Below are positions 38,906-48,895 of a stretch of DNA of 64,000 bases, one piece after another (the stretch's first letter is position 1; each line of letters begins with the position of its first letter). The translations under genes were made by a program, and so were the position numbers. The notes beneath the pieces are model-generated. The model saw only the letters and a list, made by a program, of their open reading frames with translations. It was not told the origin of the DNA and ran no database searches. Source of the stretch: Klebsiella phage EI; the sequence record MN106245.1. One strand, given 5' to 3'.

Positions 38906-39491
38906 ATACAGATTCTGTAATTTGAGTCATCTCATCACACTGGTACCAGTGTGATTCCTTAAGCATACGGGTCATTGGAAGAGTATTCAAGAACTCTCGA
39001 GTCATCTGTACGGTCGAGTTCACACGGTGCTTCTTAATAATGCTAGTGTGTACAACCAGATCAGCGTGAGGGACCGCCTGCTCAATTAAACCTTTACCGC
39101 CGATGATACTTACATCGTAAGTGTTCCGGTCCACTACAGTGTCCCAGGGATAATCTGAGGTGGCTGTAGAAGTAACAATACTCACACCTTCTAAGAAGGC
39201 CATAAACTCGACCGGATACATAATTTCATCAGGCGAAGTACCATTTTTAGTTTTAGGCTTACCGCGGCCAGGACTAATAACTACAATAGATCGACGCCCG
39301 GGTAAAGGATCTTTCAACGACTGCCAAGTTTTAGCACCCATAATCAGCACGGTATTATTAGTACGATTACGGAAGTTAACCATATCCTGGCGGATATGAC
39401 CCCAAGGCAACCCGTCATCTAACCCAAAAGCAATTTCAGTATTACCATCTACAGTTTTGGTTGCGCACGTAGCGAATACGACCTGTAACAT
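38886..39491 (-). CDS. frd: Dihydrofolate reductase
   Basis: Trimmed to MLQVVFA... The KTVDG..ELAFGL.DGLPWG, IMGAKT, VNSTVQ and SVY motifs match T4 Frd. Confidence 0.85.
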   Translation of the reverse strand: MLQVVFATCATKTVDGNTEIAFGLDDGLPWGHIRQDMVNFRNRTNNTVLIMGAKTWQSLKDPLPGRRSIVVISPGRGKPKTKNGTSPDEIMYPVEFMAFLEGVSIVTSTATSDYPWDTVVDRNTYDVSIIGGKGLIEQAVPHADLVVHTSIIKKHRVNSTVQMTREFLNTLPMTRMLKESHWYQCDEMTQITESVYGEFRG

Positions 39492-39582
39492 TAGCCTTGC
39501 CTCATTCCACATTTAAAACAACGGCCGCCTAATTGCCATAGACCGCCACCACAATATTTACACTCCCAACCAGTTAAAATCT

Positions 39583-39861
39583 TCATTTCTTAGCCTTAGC
39601 AAGTTTGAATGCTGCTTTGAAAGCAGGAACATCGTCGATATCGATCCAGAAACCAGAACCAAACCCATCTTCATAGCTCGGGCAGCCATCACAGTAGTCG
39701 TTCCAAGTGCGTGTTTCACCGCCCATAGTGAACCCAGTATCCATTTCGCACAGAGCTTCTTCAACGCGCTCTAGTTCTTCAGGATTGTTGTCATAAATGC
39801 AGAACTGCCACTTACCACGATATTCAGAACCTAATTTAATGCTTTCACGTTGAAGTTTCAT
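39583..39861 (-). CDS. Hypothetical protein (frd.1-like)
   Basis: 92 aa with a CDGCPSYEDGFGSGFW motif. An early promoter lies upstream. Confidence 0.4.
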   Translation of the reverse strand: MKLQRESIKLGSEYRGKWQFCIYDNNPEELERVEEALCEMDTGFTMGGETRTWNDYCDGCPSYEDGFGSGFWIDIDDVPAFKAAFKLAKAKK

Positions 39862-39886
39862 TTATTCTCCTTGTTGGTGTAGAAGC

Positions 39887-39916
39887 ATAATACTATACCT
39901 CTACACCATTGTAAAC
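39887..39916 (-). promoter_or_regulatory. T4-type early promoter (GTTTAC-N18-TATTAT)
   Basis: The minus strand reads GTTTACaatggtgtagaggtatagTATTATgcttctacaccaacaaggag. Confidence 0.55.
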
Positions 39917-40296
39917 TATTTCTTGAAATTTTTTATGATTAAATCAATCATGGCTTCGAAGTTCTGGTGATTCACCTCGATTTTCATAGAAAGCAGACCT
40001 TCAGCCTGGTCTTCATTTTCAGCATCGGTGACTTCTTCAAAGAACTTGAACTCGCCTTCTTCCAGCTCAAAGTATGCATCGTAGTCACCGTCAGAATCGA
40101 AACGGGCCCCATCTGCCATTTCGACAGCGCTGACATAGTGGGTCCCATCTTCTACAGCTGTATGAGTCGGGGTAAAACTACCGCCGTGTTCTTTAATTAA
40201 GTCGACCATCCGATAATTACTGGTAGAATATCGGGTAAAGTCGTCTTCAAATGCAGGGCGGACACGATAGTACTTGCCACTAACTAAAGCATTCAT
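39916..40296 (-). CDS. Hypothetical acidic protein (frd.2-like)
   Basis: 126-aa ORF. Confidence 0.4.
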   Translation of the reverse strand: MNALVSGKYYRVRPAFEDDFTRYSTSNYRMVDLIKEHGGSFTPTHTAVEDGTHYVSAVEMADGARFDSDGDYDAYFELEEGEFKFFEEVTDAENEDQAEGLLSMKIEVNHQNFEAMIDLIIKNFKK

Positions 40297-40518
40297 TTAA
40301 AAATCCTCAATATAAGTAAAAAGTTCAGCTTTCATTTCATCATCCATGCCTTGACAATACAGCTCAGTAAGGAATTTATGAATCATTGGATAGGTACCTT
40401 CGATGGTGGCATCATACCCAGCACATTCCTGAGATAGATTGACAATATTAAGCCCGTAGGTTTTAATATCTTCTTCAAACTTATCGATCAAAACAACGAA
40501 TAATGAAATCTTAGCCAT
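40297..40518 (-). CDS. Hypothetical protein (frd.3-like)
   Basis: Trimmed to the internal ATG (MAKISLFVV...). The longer form would run through the promoter/hairpin region. Confidence 0.4.
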   Translation of the reverse strand: MAKISLFVVLIDKFEEDIKTYGLNIVNLSQECAGYDATIEGTYPMIHKFLTELYCQGMDDEMKAELFTYIEDF

Positions 40519-40548
40519 TTTTGTTCTCCCATTTGTTGGTGTAGGGAT

Positions 40549-40578
40549 ATAGTAACTCGTTCTAAAGTGGATGTAAAC
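40549..40578 (-). promoter_or_regulatory. T4-type early promoter (GTTTAC-N18-TACTAT)
   Basis: GTTTACatccactttagaacgagtTACTATatccctacaccaacaaatggg on the minus strand. Confidence 0.5.
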
Positions 40579-40593
40579 CCTTAGATACCAAAA

Positions 40594-40613
40594 TGGGAGA
40601 CCGAAGTCTCCCA
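40594..40613 (-). terminator. C(UUCG)G tetraloop hairpin after gene 32
   Basis: tGGGAGAccgaaGTCTCCCa; the minus strand reads GGGAGAC-UUCG-GUCUCCC. Confidence 0.6.
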
Positions 40614-40620
40614 ATCATTA

Positions 40621-41517
40621 TTACAGGCCAGCTAACAGATCGTCCAGATCACCGTCGTCATCAGAAGACGAAGTGTTCAGTGGGGCAGATTGCTGTTTAG
40701 GTTTAGAGTCAAAAGCAGCCATATCGGCATCAAAAGCATCAAGATCGTCACTGAGCTTATCAGCTTGTGCTGCTGCATTACCAGCAACCAGAGAAGTACC
40801 CATGATTTGTACAAATTTAGCGTGGTTTACATCGTAAGACTTGAATTTGTCTTTAGATACGATGTCATTCAGCTGTACCATACCATCATCGAGTTCTTTC
40901 TGATAAGCTTCATCGTTGATGTTAGGAATTTCAGACTGAGCACCAAACTTACAGTCATCATAGTTAGTGAAACCGCCAACTTTCTTAACTTTCAGGCTGA
41001 AGTGCTTACCTTCAAACGGACAAGTCACATCAACCGGAACTTCGCCAAGATCAGTATCAACTTCGATCTCAGCGTTGATTTTGTCCATGATTTTCTGACC
41101 GAAACGATATTTAAATACTTTACCTTCGTTTTCTGGAGCCGCAGGGTCTTTAAGAACCAGAATGTTAGCCCAGTAAGAAGATTTGCGTTTCAGCAGTTTA
41201 TATTCTTCTTGGTTGGTGTTATATGAATCATTAGAGCTCAGATGCTGGCAAACTGGGCAAGAATCATAGTCACCGTGGGTAGAAGTACAGTTTTCGATGT
41301 ACCATTTACCATTTTTCTTGAAGCCGTGGTTAATCAGTTTGACGAACGGAAGACCTTCATCACCTTTACCAGGCAGGAAGCGAATTACTGCGGAGCCATT
41401 ACCAGCATTATCGGTCTTCAGTTTCCATTCACCTTTATCGTCGGAAGAGAAAGAAGAACCACCTTTCAGGGAAGCCAGTTGAGCTTGAAGTTCTGCAGGG
41501 TTTTTACGCTTAAACAT
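40621..41517 (-). CDS. 32: Single-stranded DNA-binding protein gp32
   Basis: Collinear with T4 gp32 ([42 protein letters not shown], acidic C-terminal tail). Confidence 0.95.
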   Translation of the reverse strand: MFKRKNPAELQAQLASLKGGSSFSSDDKGEWKLKTDNAGNGSAVIRFLPGKGDEGLPFVKLINHGFKKNGKWYIENCTSTHGDYDSCPVCQHLSSNDSYNTNQEEYKLLKRKSSYWANILVLKDPAAPENEGKVFKYRFGQKIMDKINAEIEVDTDLGEVPVDVTCPFEGKHFSLKVKKVGGFTNYDDCKFGAQSEIPNINDEAYQKELDDGMVQLNDIVSKDKFKSYDVNHAKFVQIMGTSLVAGNAAAQADKLSDDLDAFDADMAAFDSKPKQQSAPLNTSSSDDDGDLDDLLAGL

Positions 41518-41596
41518 TTAATATACCTTTTATTTAATTTAACAGTTATTTACGATTGGTGGTGCAACATGAGTCCTTGCACCTGGACAAGACTTA

Positions 41597-42250
41597 TTAT
41601 ATCTTACATTTATTTATAGCATCAATAAAGAGCTTTTTAGCATCTTTACCGTCGACTTCAAGCAATTTTCTATAAGCTTTGAGCTTAGTAGAATATGTTT
41701 CCCAAACTAAGTTGTTGGTAGCTGAATCATGTTTATTTATTATGTCTAGAAATGAATCAAGCATAATAAACGTCTCGAATGAAATAACATTCGACTGAAG
41801 GAGCTTAAAGATATAGCTCGTTTGTACCTTTTCATTATACTCAAAGATTTCAGAAAGCGCGTTAACTTCAACTTTCTTAGCAAAATAGTAAATGTTCTTT
41901 ACATCATCTTCGAACGTATTTTTAATCATCTTAAGTTTACCGATATACTCACGGTAAAAGACGAGGGCGTCAGCATCACTGATGTCGCCGATCCAGGCAT
42001 CTTGGTTAGCAACCAAGTTACTCATGAAAATTAATGTAAGCTCTTTAAGAGTGTGTTTCTCTGCGAGCTTTTCAAAGAAATACTTGTCACGTCGTTTTTG
42101 ATAAGCTTTATCAGACACCCGCATAACCCAGTTGTACTTGATAACATCATATCGTCCAGCGAAGTGATTTTTAAGCATTAAGTACAATAAATAAACACTT
42201 TTACCGTTAACGTAACGAGCGTTATTTGGAGGCATGCGGAGACGAATCAT
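41597..42250 (-). CDS. 59: Helicase loader gp59
   Basis: 217 aa, collinear with T4 gp59 (MIRLRMP..YVNGKSVY.LYLM.K.H..G.YDVIKYNW.MRVSD.AYQKRRDKYFF.KL). Confidence 0.9.
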   Translation of the reverse strand: MIRLRMPPNNARYVNGKSVYLLYLMLKNHFAGRYDVIKYNWVMRVSDKAYQKRRDKYFFEKLAEKHTLKELTLIFMSNLVANQDAWIGDISDADALVFYREYIGKLKMIKNTFEDDVKNIYYFAKKVEVNALSEIFEYNEKVQTSYIFKLLQSNVISFETFIMLDSFLDIINKHDSATNNLVWETYSTKLKAYRKLLEVDGKDAKKLFIDAINKCKI

Positions 42251-42540
42251 AATAAGAAATCCAAAGTATTTGTTTTCTGTGTTTTACTTATAGATGGGCG
42301 AAGCATGTATTCATTAACAGCTTCAGCTTTAATTTTTTCAACTATTGTAGAAGGAATAAATCTATTGAAATTTCCTTCAGGAATACTGTTTTCTTCTAGC
42401 CACTGTGAAGTAGCCTGAAGATAACCCAGTTCACCTTCAGCAACTATGGCTTCAATAGCGAAGCCATTTGCTTGTTTGTCAAGAAGTGAATTTAAGTCAT
42501 CGATCTTGACTTCATCGTTATTAATCAAAGAGGCTGTCAT
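42247..42540 (-). CDS. 33: Late transcription co-activator gp33
   Basis: Resembles T4 gp33 (DGFAIEA..AEGELGYL.ATSQWLEEN.SIPEGNFNR.IPS.IV.KIK..AVNEYMLRPS). Confidence 0.65.
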   Translation of the reverse strand: MTASLINNDEVKIDDLNSLLDKQANGFAIEAIVAEGELGYLQATSQWLEENSIPEGNFNRFIPSTIVEKIKAEAVNEYMLRPSISKTQKTNTLDFLL

Positions 42541-42790
42541 AGGTTTCTACCACTTCATCTTTTTCGGTTGCGAAACGTTCACGAGTGCCTTTATGATACA
42601 TGGTCAGAAGCTGATTAAACAGTTTTGCCTCGACGCCAATAGCTTTTGCTTCAGCCCGGTTGCTTGCGACCTCGTCCATATAACCTTCGGCCTTTAGTTT
42701 AGCGTCACTAGCAGCTTTAATTAGATTTTTTAGTGTTTCGCCGTCTTGGGCTTCATCAAATTCAACTTTTTCTTTTTTCTGTTTAGCCAT
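42521..42790 (-). CDS. dsbA: dsDNA-binding protein DsbA (late transcription)
   Basis: Trimmed to MAKQKKEK...; 90 aa, in the T4 dsbA position between 33 and rnh. Confidence 0.55.
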   Translation of the reverse strand: MAKQKKEKVEFDEAQDGETLKNLIKAASDAKLKAEGYMDEVASNRAEAKAIGVEAKLFNQLLTMYHKGTRERFATEKDEVVETYDSLFD

Positions 42791-42800
42791 TATATTCACC

Positions 42801-43742
42801 TTAATAAAATTCAGCAATGTTGTTGGTTAACTTGGACAGACCATTCTTAACAAAGTAAGTATAGATCTTACCTTTAGCCGGAACTGTGTAGTTATTATAC
42901 CGTTCCATGATTGAAGCAACAATGTCATCACGGATGAAATCCATATCGATTAAGATTTGGTTTTCTTTAAAACGTTCATACTGTTCAGCAGTAAGAAGTT
43001 CTTGTAATTTAGAGTGGTCATAATAATTCATCGCGATCTGTTCAATTTCAGATGCTTTAGTTGGAGGAGTACGTTCACCTTCAACCATAGTAAGCCAGTA
43101 GTTACCGCGGACTTTAATAGAAGCAACGTTATCTTTACGGTCACCTTTAACGACTTTAGTCACACAATCAAGTAACGCATCGCCAGATTTAGTTTTAACA
43201 TATTTTTTCTGCATTGGAGACCACTGCTTCACATTTGGATATTTGTGAAGTTGTGTAAAGTCGCCATCAGATGAAACGATTTGGACTGGAATACCTTGGC
43301 TAGCCAAGAACTTTGTTAACACAGCAATATGATCATCGGCTTCTACCTTATCAATATTCATAACAATATAAGGCATGTTTTTCTCAAGTTCTTCGATGAT
43401 TTTATGCATTGCCGTGAATAATCCTTCCCAATCAAATGGAGATTCTTCACGATCTTTAGAACGGTTTTTCTTATAATAATGACTCGCGTCACGACGCCAG
43501 TAACCAGACTTAGAGTTATCTACACAGATAATCTGGCGGGTGTACCCTTCTTTTTTAAACTGTTTGATGTTTTTACGCATACTGTTCAAAACAAGATGTC
43601 GTAGCATAGCTTCAGATATTTTAGGAAAGCCTGCTTTTTCACCGAACTCGGTGAAGGCTGCCGCCATAATAATTTGACTGAAGTCAATAAGAGTTACACC
43701 TTCTTTCTTTTCTTCTTCACCGAACATAAAATTTAGAGACAT
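42801..43742 (-). CDS. rnh: RNase H (FEN-1 family 5'-3' exonuclease)
   Basis: 313 aa with flap endonuclease acidic clusters (IDFSQIIM.AAF, DNS, IVSSDGDF). Confidence 0.85.
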   Translation of the reverse strand: MSLNFMFGEEEKKEGVTLIDFSQIIMAAAFTEFGEKAGFPKISEAMLRHLVLNSMRKNIKQFKKEGYTRQIICVDNSKSGYWRRDASHYYKKNRSKDREESPFDWEGLFTAMHKIIEELEKNMPYIVMNIDKVEADDHIAVLTKFLASQGIPVQIVSSDGDFTQLHKYPNVKQWSPMQKKYVKTKSGDALLDCVTKVVKGDRKDNVASIKVRGNYWLTMVEGERTPPTKASEIEQIAMNYYDHSKLQELLTAEQYERFKENQILIDMDFIRDDIVASIMERYNNYTVPAKGKIYTYFVKNGLSKLTNNIAEFY

Positions 43743-43777
43743 TGAATAACCTATTCAGTAGTAATGGACAGATCCAT

Positions 43778-43785
43778 TATAAATA
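43778..43785 (+). promoter_or_regulatory. Late promoter TATAAATA for gene 34
   Basis: Exact match about 40 nt upstream of the gene 34 ATG. Confidence 0.6.
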
Positions 43786-43827
43786 CTCCTATAATGAAGC
43801 ATATTTCTAATACCATAAGGAATAAAA

Positions 43828-46800
43828 ATGAGCGACTTAATCAAACAGCATTTTAGAGCAACCAACGGGCTTGATGCTGGTGGAAACAAAGTAATCAACG
43901 TCGCTAAAGCCGATCGTAATGTGATGGACGATGGGGTCAACGTTGAGTATCTTATCCAAGAAAATACCATCCAGCCTTGGGCCAATGATCGTGGGTATCC
44001 TGAAGGCTTTGCGGTTACCATGGAAAAACGTATCTGGGTAGCACGTGCAGATATTGCGGCTCCTATCCCGCCCGCAGTAAACACCTTTAAACAAGGTGAG
44101 TGGATTTCCATGCGTGTTGACCCGAAGTGGGAACAGTATAGTTCAGGGACCACAGAACTTTTACCAGGGACCTATGCAAACATCGATACTCGTGTTAACC
44201 CGGTTACACTGGTTCTTCCTAAAAATAAAGTAGAACAAGGTGATACGATTGTTATCCGGGATATCGGTGGTAAACCAGGTATCAACCAGGCATTAATTAA
44301 AGTACAAGACTCTGCGCCAGCAATGATCTTCCAAGGAAGTATCCTTCGTGAACTGCAGCTGACTCGTCCTTATAGTATGCTTCTGCTGACGTTTACATCG
44401 GCCGGGTGGTACGTAACTCTTTCAGATCTAAGTTCTTTGGCTCGTACCATTGATTCTACCACACTGGATGCTGCTACCGATGTTGGCGCTCAAGTACAGA
44501 GTTCTGAGTACATTGTACGTTATTATACTTCTAATAAAAAATTAACAGTTCGTCTTCCTCGTTATGCTAACCATGGTGATATGATTACCTTTGCTGAACC
44601 GGAAGGCAAAACACCATTATACCATTTTACCATTAAGACTTATGATGCAAATAGTTCTATTGGAACTGAAGGGACTACATCCTGGACATCTAAGATTAAA
44701 GGCGGCGGTGTTCTGATTTATGATGGTCCACGTAAGGTATGGCGCATCAACTCTATTGACATGCAGCAACGTATCAAAATCGTTACTGACGATGTAGTGA
44801 TGCAACCTAACGAAGCTATTACCATATTCGGTGCTAACAACTCAACAGTAAAAACTATTTCTGTTACTTTGCCTACTCAAGTTGCTCCAGGTGATACTGT
44901 TAGAATCGGTATGAACTACATGCGCAAAGGGCAAACAGTCAACATCGTTACTCCTCCTGCTCCGGCTAATGGGACCAAAGATAGGATTGCATCCACAGTT
45001 GGCTTACTCCAGTTCCCTAAACGCTCTGAGTATCCGCCTGATGCCGCGTGGACTCAAGTTGATAGTTTATCATTCAATGGAACTTCGGACTATCCTCCAG
45101 TCCTAGAGTTGGCCTATGTAGAAGCTACACCTAATAATTATTGGATCGTTTCGGAGAACATTCCTAGTGTAGAACGTGTTGATTGGACCAATGATACCAC
45201 AAGAGCCCGTGTAGGCGTTATTGCGTTGGCTACCCAAGCTAATTTAGAGGCAAATAGTTCTAATTTGGTCGATGGTGTTGCTGTTACTCCGCATACCTTA
45301 AGTAAAAGAACAGCTACAGAAGCTCGTACTGGTATTGCTGCTATTGCATTAAGCACAGATGTTTTACAAAATAGTAACTATGCTTTTATTAACGATAAGA
45401 TTATTACTCCTAAACGTCTTAATGAAAGAACTGCTACAGAAACGCGTAGAGGATTAGCTGAAATAGCTACCCAAGCCGAAACAGATGCTGGTACTGATGA
45501 TACAACTATCGTAAGTCCTAAAAAGCTTAATGCTCGTAAAGCTACTGCTACACTTGATGGCATCATTCAACTGGTTAATATAGGCGGAACTCCTGCTACA
45601 GTAAATAGAGAAGATGCCGGTCAAGGAATTTATGACCATAATGACTTTTCAAAAGCTGTAACTCCTAAAACTCTTCGTGGGTATAAAGCTACTGAAATTG
45701 CTTCTGGTTGTGTATGGTTAGCTAAAGATAGTGAAGTCCGAAATCCACCGGCTATAAATTCTAATATCCCGTTAGTTGTTACACCGCAATCTCTTCACAA
45801 GAAAGTTGCAGACACGGGCAATATAGGATTTATCCAAATTGCCACTCAAGCAGAAGTTAACGCGGGTACAGATAACACTAAAGCAGTTACTCCTAAAACG
45901 TTTAACGATCGTATTGCTTCTGAAACTTTGACTGGTATTGCACGTTTTGCTACTCAAAAAGAATTTGATGAAAATACCGGCGGCGGTATGATGGTATCAA
46001 CTTCTAAGATTTCTACATTCTTTAATAGACCTGAACGAGTAGCGGTAAGAACAGAAGCTGGGTTAACCCAACAAGGAACTTTATGGGGACAGTTGGTTCT
46101 TAATATCCAGACTCCAACAGAAACTCAACGCGGTACGCCTAAGATTGCAACTCAGACGCTTGTCAATGCAGGAACTGATGATGTTGATTATCTGACATCT
46201 AAAAAGCTTCAAGCTAAAAAGGGTACCGAATCAGCTTACGGTATTGTTAAATATGCCACTCAGGCTGATACCAATACTGGCACTGCTAATGATGTGGCTG
46301 TTTCTCCGGTTCACTTGAAGTACGTTATTCAGACTTCTGCTGATTGGCGCGCTCAGGATAACGTTCGCGGCACGGTCCGTGTAGCTAACGGCGATACTGC
46401 TTGGACTGGTAATAGTACTACTGGCTCTGATGATAAACCTAAAGAAGTTAATGGTTACGCAGTTTCACCTAACGGTTTAAAGCAAGCCTTAGCTAATTAT
46501 CTTCCTTTGAATGCTAAAGCTGATAACTCTGGTTTATTAAATGGCCTTACTTCAGACCAATTTATTAGACGTGACATAGATCAAACCGTTAATGGTAAAT
46601 TGACTCTTACCAAATCTACAGACTTTAATTCAGACGTCAATGTTAAGGGCCTTGGTAATTTTACCGGTGGCGAGGTTAAGGTATTTGCTACTTCGTCTAC
46701 AGCCAATTCTCACGTCAGATTTTTAAACTCAGATGGAAATGAACGTGGAATAATTTACGCTAGACCGGTAGCTGCAGGAAATTCTCAGCAGCTTACACTA

Positions 46801-47706
46801 CGTGTTAAAGGTTCAGCCCCTGATACAGGTAAAGAATTTTCTTTTGGTAATAATGGTGAGTTTGTTGCACCTGATAAAATAACCTCTAACGGGACAATTC
46901 ATTCTGCTTCAGATGTTAACTCAAACACCGTATACCGTGTTAAAAATGCTTCAGTAATCCAACTCCAGGATTCTGATAGTGTAGCATCTTTTGGTAATCT
47001 TGCTAAGAAAGGAAGAATCTTAACAAACGATGCTAGCCAAACACAAGTTACCGACAACTCCGGAAATTATGTCATTTTAACCACTAAAAATAAGGATACC
47101 ATTTTAGATACCAGGTATGTTAAAAAAGGTGGCGATACCATGACGGGCTCGTTAACAATAAACAACGCATCTGTTGTTGTTAACGGTTCTGAAAATTGGT
47201 ATAAAAATGATACCTCTGCTGATACAGAAAAATATATGCAGCCGGGTTCTTGGACAGTAGAAATTAAAAATGCTTCTAAGCTAGCTTCGCTTCGTGGTTA
47301 TATGGTGCCTGTCAGAGAAGAAAATCCTTTAATCCCAGGCTCTATGATTGTAACCGGCTACGAAGAAAAAACAGCAGGTGGTGGTTTACTTGCCCAATTT
47401 AGCGTTTCTTCTGGATACACCTATCAGACTTGGACCCCTTATCCTAAAGCTGGCGAAAATTCAGAGAAAAACTACGCCCATACAATGTGGACTAGAGTTT
47501 ATAATCCACTTAAAGGCAAGTTTGATGAATGGATGCGTGTATTTACTAGCGCCACTCCTCCTACAGCTGCAGATATAGGTGCTCCGAGTTCAGTAAGTAC
47601 TTCTGTTAAAACCTTGGAAGTTCAAGAATGGATTAAGATTGGCCCTGTCAAGATTTATCCTGATCGTACTTCTCAGACCGTTAAGTTTGAATGGGTAGGT
47701 GATTAA
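43828..47706 (+). CDS. 34: Long tail fibre proximal subunit gp34
   Basis: 1292 aa against 1289 in T4. Contains a series of ~7 tandem ~30-40-aa repeats (VTPKTL../ITPKRLNERTATE../ATQAE.NAGTD) and a GGDTMTG motif. Confidence 0.9.
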   Translation: MSDLIKQHFRATNGLDAGGNKVINVAKADRNVMDDGVNVEYLIQENTIQPWANDRGYPEGFAVTMEKRIWVARADIAAPIPPAVNTFKQGEWISMRVDPKWEQYSSGTTELLPGTYANIDTRVNPVTLVLPKNKVEQGDTIVIRDIGGKPGINQALIKVQDSAPAMIFQGSILRELQLTRPYSMLLLTFTSAGWYVTLSDLSSLARTIDSTTLDAATDVGAQVQSSEYIVRYYTSNKKLTVRLPRYANHGDMITFAEPEGKTPLYHFTIKTYDANSSIGTEGTTSWTSKIKGGGVLIYDGPRKVWRINSIDMQQRIKIVTDDVVMQPNEAITIFGANNSTVKTISVTLPTQVAPGDTVRIGMNYMRKGQTVNIVTPPAPANGTKDRIASTVGLLQFPKRSEYPPDAAWTQVDSLSFNGTSDYPPVLELAYVEATPNNYWIVSENIPSVERVDWTNDTTRARVGVIALATQANLEANSSNLVDGVAVTPHTLSKRTATEARTGIAAIALSTDVLQNSNYAFINDKIITPKRLNERTATETRRGLAEIATQAETDAGTDDTTIVSPKKLNARKATATLDGIIQLVNIGGTPATVNREDAGQGIYDHNDFSKAVTPKTLRGYKATEIASGCVWLAKDSEVRNPPAINSNIPLVVTPQSLHKKVADTGNIGFIQIATQAEVNAGTDNTKAVTPKTFNDRIASETLTGIARFATQKEFDENTGGGMMVSTSKISTFFNRPERVAVRTEAGLTQQGTLWGQLVLNIQTPTETQRGTPKIATQTLVNAGTDDVDYLTSKKLQAKKGTESAYGIVKYATQADTNTGTANDVAVSPVHLKYVIQTSADWRAQDNVRGTVRVANGDTAWTGNSTTGSDDKPKEVNGYAVSPNGLKQALANYLPLNAKADNSGLLNGLTSDQFIRRDIDQTVNGKLTLTKSTDFNSDVNVKGLGNFTGGEVKVFATSSTANSHVRFLNSDGNERGIIYARPVAAGNSQQLTLRVKGSAPDTGKEFSFGNNGEFVAPDKITSNGTIHSASDVNSNTVYRVKNASVIQLQDSDSVASFGNLAKKGRILTNDASQTQVTDNSGNYVILTTKNKDTILDTRYVKKGGDTMTGSLTINNASVVVNGSENWYKNDTSADTEKYMQPGSWTVEIKNASKLASLRGYMVPVREENPLIPGSMIVTGYEEKTAGGGLLAQFSVSSGYTYQTWTPYPKAGENSEKNYAHTMWTRVYNPLKGKFDEWMRVFTSATPPTAADIGAPSSVSTSVKTLEVQEWIKIGPVKIYPDRTSQTVKFEWVGD

Positions 47707-48839
47707 TGAGTAATTTAATGGCTGCATTTGGTGAAGATTTTGTCGAGACTAACATCTTGTCAGAATCCAACCAAGTGAGATATTGGATAGAACTTATAGC
47801 CACACACGCTAATGCTGTTCCTAATACGCATGTGCTTAAAATTAATCAAGTCAATACTGGAGGTGCCCCAGGACGGGGCATCAACATTTGGCAGATTAAT
47901 ACTTCGGCAGCTGACGGCACTCCTAAAACTATTGATTTAACAAACGGTGAATCTGCGGCTAACGCCGCATTCGTCGAGTACATGAATAGTAAAACATCAG
48001 GTCTGTACGCAATAATGACTAATCAGAGATGTTTAACTTCTCCTTCTGTAACCGCCTGGTTCAAATCAAAAAGATCAGTTGTTTGGCCTGAACAACATTA
48101 TACTGAATTATATCCTAATAGCGCGTATTGCGCCATATTTGCTGCAGGCAAAGGATTAATTTTGTATGAGGCTTTCACTGGAAATGACGGAATCATTAAA
48201 GAAGATTCTAGAGCAAAACTTGCAGCAGTTTACGATAATGTAGGCACTGTAGGGCTATGCGGTATTCCTGAAAGAGCTTATGAAAATAACGAGACTTATC
48301 GTGATACAACAGGGTATGAATATAAACGATACCCTCAACAAGATGTGGTTATTTCTAAACTAGCTGATTATGGTCTGCAGCAAAACTTATGGGTTAGATT
48401 TACTGCAGATCTTTTTGCTTCGCAGGCTTTAATATCTGCTAATTGCACTACGAGAATGTCTGTAAGGTGGTTCAACGGATCAACCATGTTAGATTCATTT
48501 ACAATGGAAGTTCCTGCGGCTTCTGCTGATAAATGGGTTCGTTTTGAAAAGGACCTAAGAATCCCATCCGGTGCAGACGGTTTCACTGCTGTAGTTTCTA
48601 GGTACCCTAGAACTTCAGTTGTTGCTGAAAGTGCTGTTCAAAATGTCATGATGGTTCAAATTGTAGAACCAGCTCCTATACAATCAGCTACTCAAGCTGA
48701 ATTTGGTGTTAATGGTATTCGAATGAATAAAGCTATAGAAGGTTCTTTAACTCCTGAAGCTGTTATGTTTGAACTGCCTAATACTAAAGTTGACAGTAGT
48801 GGTGATCGTACTGCTAAAGAATTCAGGGAATCACAATAA
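47706..48839 (+). CDS. 35: Long tail fibre hinge connector gp35
   Basis: 377 aa against 372 in T4; TAATG coupling to gene 34. Confidence 0.8.
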   Translation: MSNLMAAFGEDFVETNILSESNQVRYWIELIATHANAVPNTHVLKINQVNTGGAPGRGINIWQINTSAADGTPKTIDLTNGESAANAAFVEYMNSKTSGLYAIMTNQRCLTSPSVTAWFKSKRSVVWPEQHYTELYPNSAYCAIFAAGKGLILYEAFTGNDGIIKEDSRAKLAAVYDNVGTVGLCGIPERAYENNETYRDTTGYEYKRYPQQDVVISKLADYGLQQNLWVRFTADLFASQALISANCTTRMSVRWFNGSTMLDSFTMEVPAASADKWVRFEKDLRIPSGADGFTAVVSRYPRTSVVAESAVQNVMMVQIVEPAPIQSATQAEFGVNGIRMNKAIEGSLTPEAVMFELPNTKVDSSGDRTAKEFRESQ

Positions 48840-48861
48840 GGAGCCTTCGGGCTCCTTTTTT
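48840..48861 (+). terminator. Rho-independent terminator GGAGCC-UUCG-GGCUCC plus U6
   Basis: Perfect stem with a UUCG loop followed by TTTTTT after gene 35. Confidence 0.8.
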
Positions 48862-48863
48862 CG

Positions 48864-48871
48864 TATAAATA
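48864..48871 (+). promoter_or_regulatory. Late promoter TATAAATA for gene 36
   Basis: Exact match immediately after the terminator, 25 nt before gene 36. Confidence 0.6.
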
Positions 48872-48895
48872 CGTTCATATTATAAGGGGACGAAA

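Noticed and set aside
43755-44153. Minus-strand ORFs overlapping gene 34 (43755..44153, 43837..44094, 44617..44805, 45138..45957) and similar antisense ORFs inside 37, 29, alt, 30, nrdA, 32 and rnlA.
   Set aside because: They lie entirely inside strongly supported long genes on the other strand, have no RBS, and show Ser/Leu/Arg-rich antisense composition. They are called spurious.
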